Below are positions 5,645-5,726 of a stretch of DNA of 5,726 nt, piece by piece. How positions within the stretch are numbered: the first letter of the stretch is position 1; every line of letters starts with the position of its first letter. This DNA is from an uncultured Erysipelotrichaceae bacterium (GTDB lineage Bacteria; Bacillota_I; Bacilli_A; Erysipelotrichales; Erysipelotrichaceae). Both the position numbers and the translations under genes were made by a program. The notes below the pieces were generated by a model. It did no database searches, was not told the origin of the DNA, and saw nothing but the letters and a program-made list of their open reading frames with translations. Location: contig CAYWGS010000097.1 of assembly GCA_964457525.1 (NCBI GenBank), positions 1 through 5,726 on the forward strand, written 5' to 3'.

Positions 5645-5726
5645 TTACCCTTCTTCACGAATTCCCCTATGGTAAAACGGGTATAGAATAACTAAAATAA
5701 GTGAAATAAGCGAAATACTAAACAAA
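5645..5726 (-). CDS. Possible 3' end of an upstream minus-strand gene, open to the window edge. It reads ..LFSISLISLILVILYPFYHRGIREEG then stop.
   Basis: The minus-strand frame starting at 5725 has 26 sense codons before TAA (5647..5645), which is unusual for such AT-rich DNA. The peptide looks like a terminal TM helix with a charged tail. No convincing terminator follows, so this may be a chance frame. Confidence 0.25.
   Translation of the reverse strand, partial: LFSISLISLILVILYPFYHRGIREEG
5695..5721. repeat. Imperfect 9-bp tandem repeat, three units.
   Basis: The units are aaataagtg (5695..5703), aaataagcg (5704..5712) and aaatactaa (5713..5721). If the edge ORF is real, the repeat encodes the periodic ISL/ISL/IL segment. 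Otherwise it is a small noncoding repeat. Confidence 0.4.

Noticed and set aside
5645-5683. TACCC...GGGTA inverted repeat as a possible terminator or riboswitch stem.
   Set aside because: The stem is only 5 bp with a ~28-nt loop and no U-tract. It overlaps the putative edge ORF stop. The support is not convincing.
1-5726. Possibility of a defence system, toxin-antitoxin pair, mobile element, CRISPR array or alternative genetic code in this window.
   Set aside because: All large ORFs except the lipoprotein are confidently housekeeping. There are no transposase or integrase genes, no terminal inverted repeats and no spacer-repeat arrays. The only short tandem repeat is the small 9-bp, three-unit one at 5695..5721. 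TGA functions as a stop (dtd) and conserved proteins are full length under the standard code.

Overview
AT-rich window from a low-GC Gram-positive-type (Bacillota-like) chromosome that uses the standard code: TGA ends dtd, and every conserved ORF has its expected length. Most of it is ordinary core genome. A tightly packed five-gene minus-strand operon, dtd-folD-DUF951-ychF-darA (3025 down to 68), has gaps of 1 to 31 nt and ends at a bidirectional hairpin terminator (43..64). It is divergent from rarA/mgsA (3083..4339, +) across only 57 nt. rarA is convergent with a 345-aa lipoprotein gene (4455..5492, -), with two hairpin terminators between them. The lipoprotein is the only non-housekeeping element. 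It has a near-consensus sigma-A promoter, a GGAGG RBS and an LTGC lipobox. Its mature part is a tandem duplication of a ~160-aa module. The central core of that module is about 91% identical between copies at the DNA level, while the flanks have diverged. Each copy ends in an identical EDLKTSVS motif, and the layout loosely resembles FMN_bind/COG4939-type extracytoplasmic domains; this is hypothesis only. I see no tRNA, rRNA, CRISPR, transposase or recognisable defence or toxin genes, and nothing that supports a multi-gene novel system. Both window edges carry short edge-open reading frames with hydrophobic C-terminal tails, possibly the ends of flanking membrane-protein genes (low confidence).
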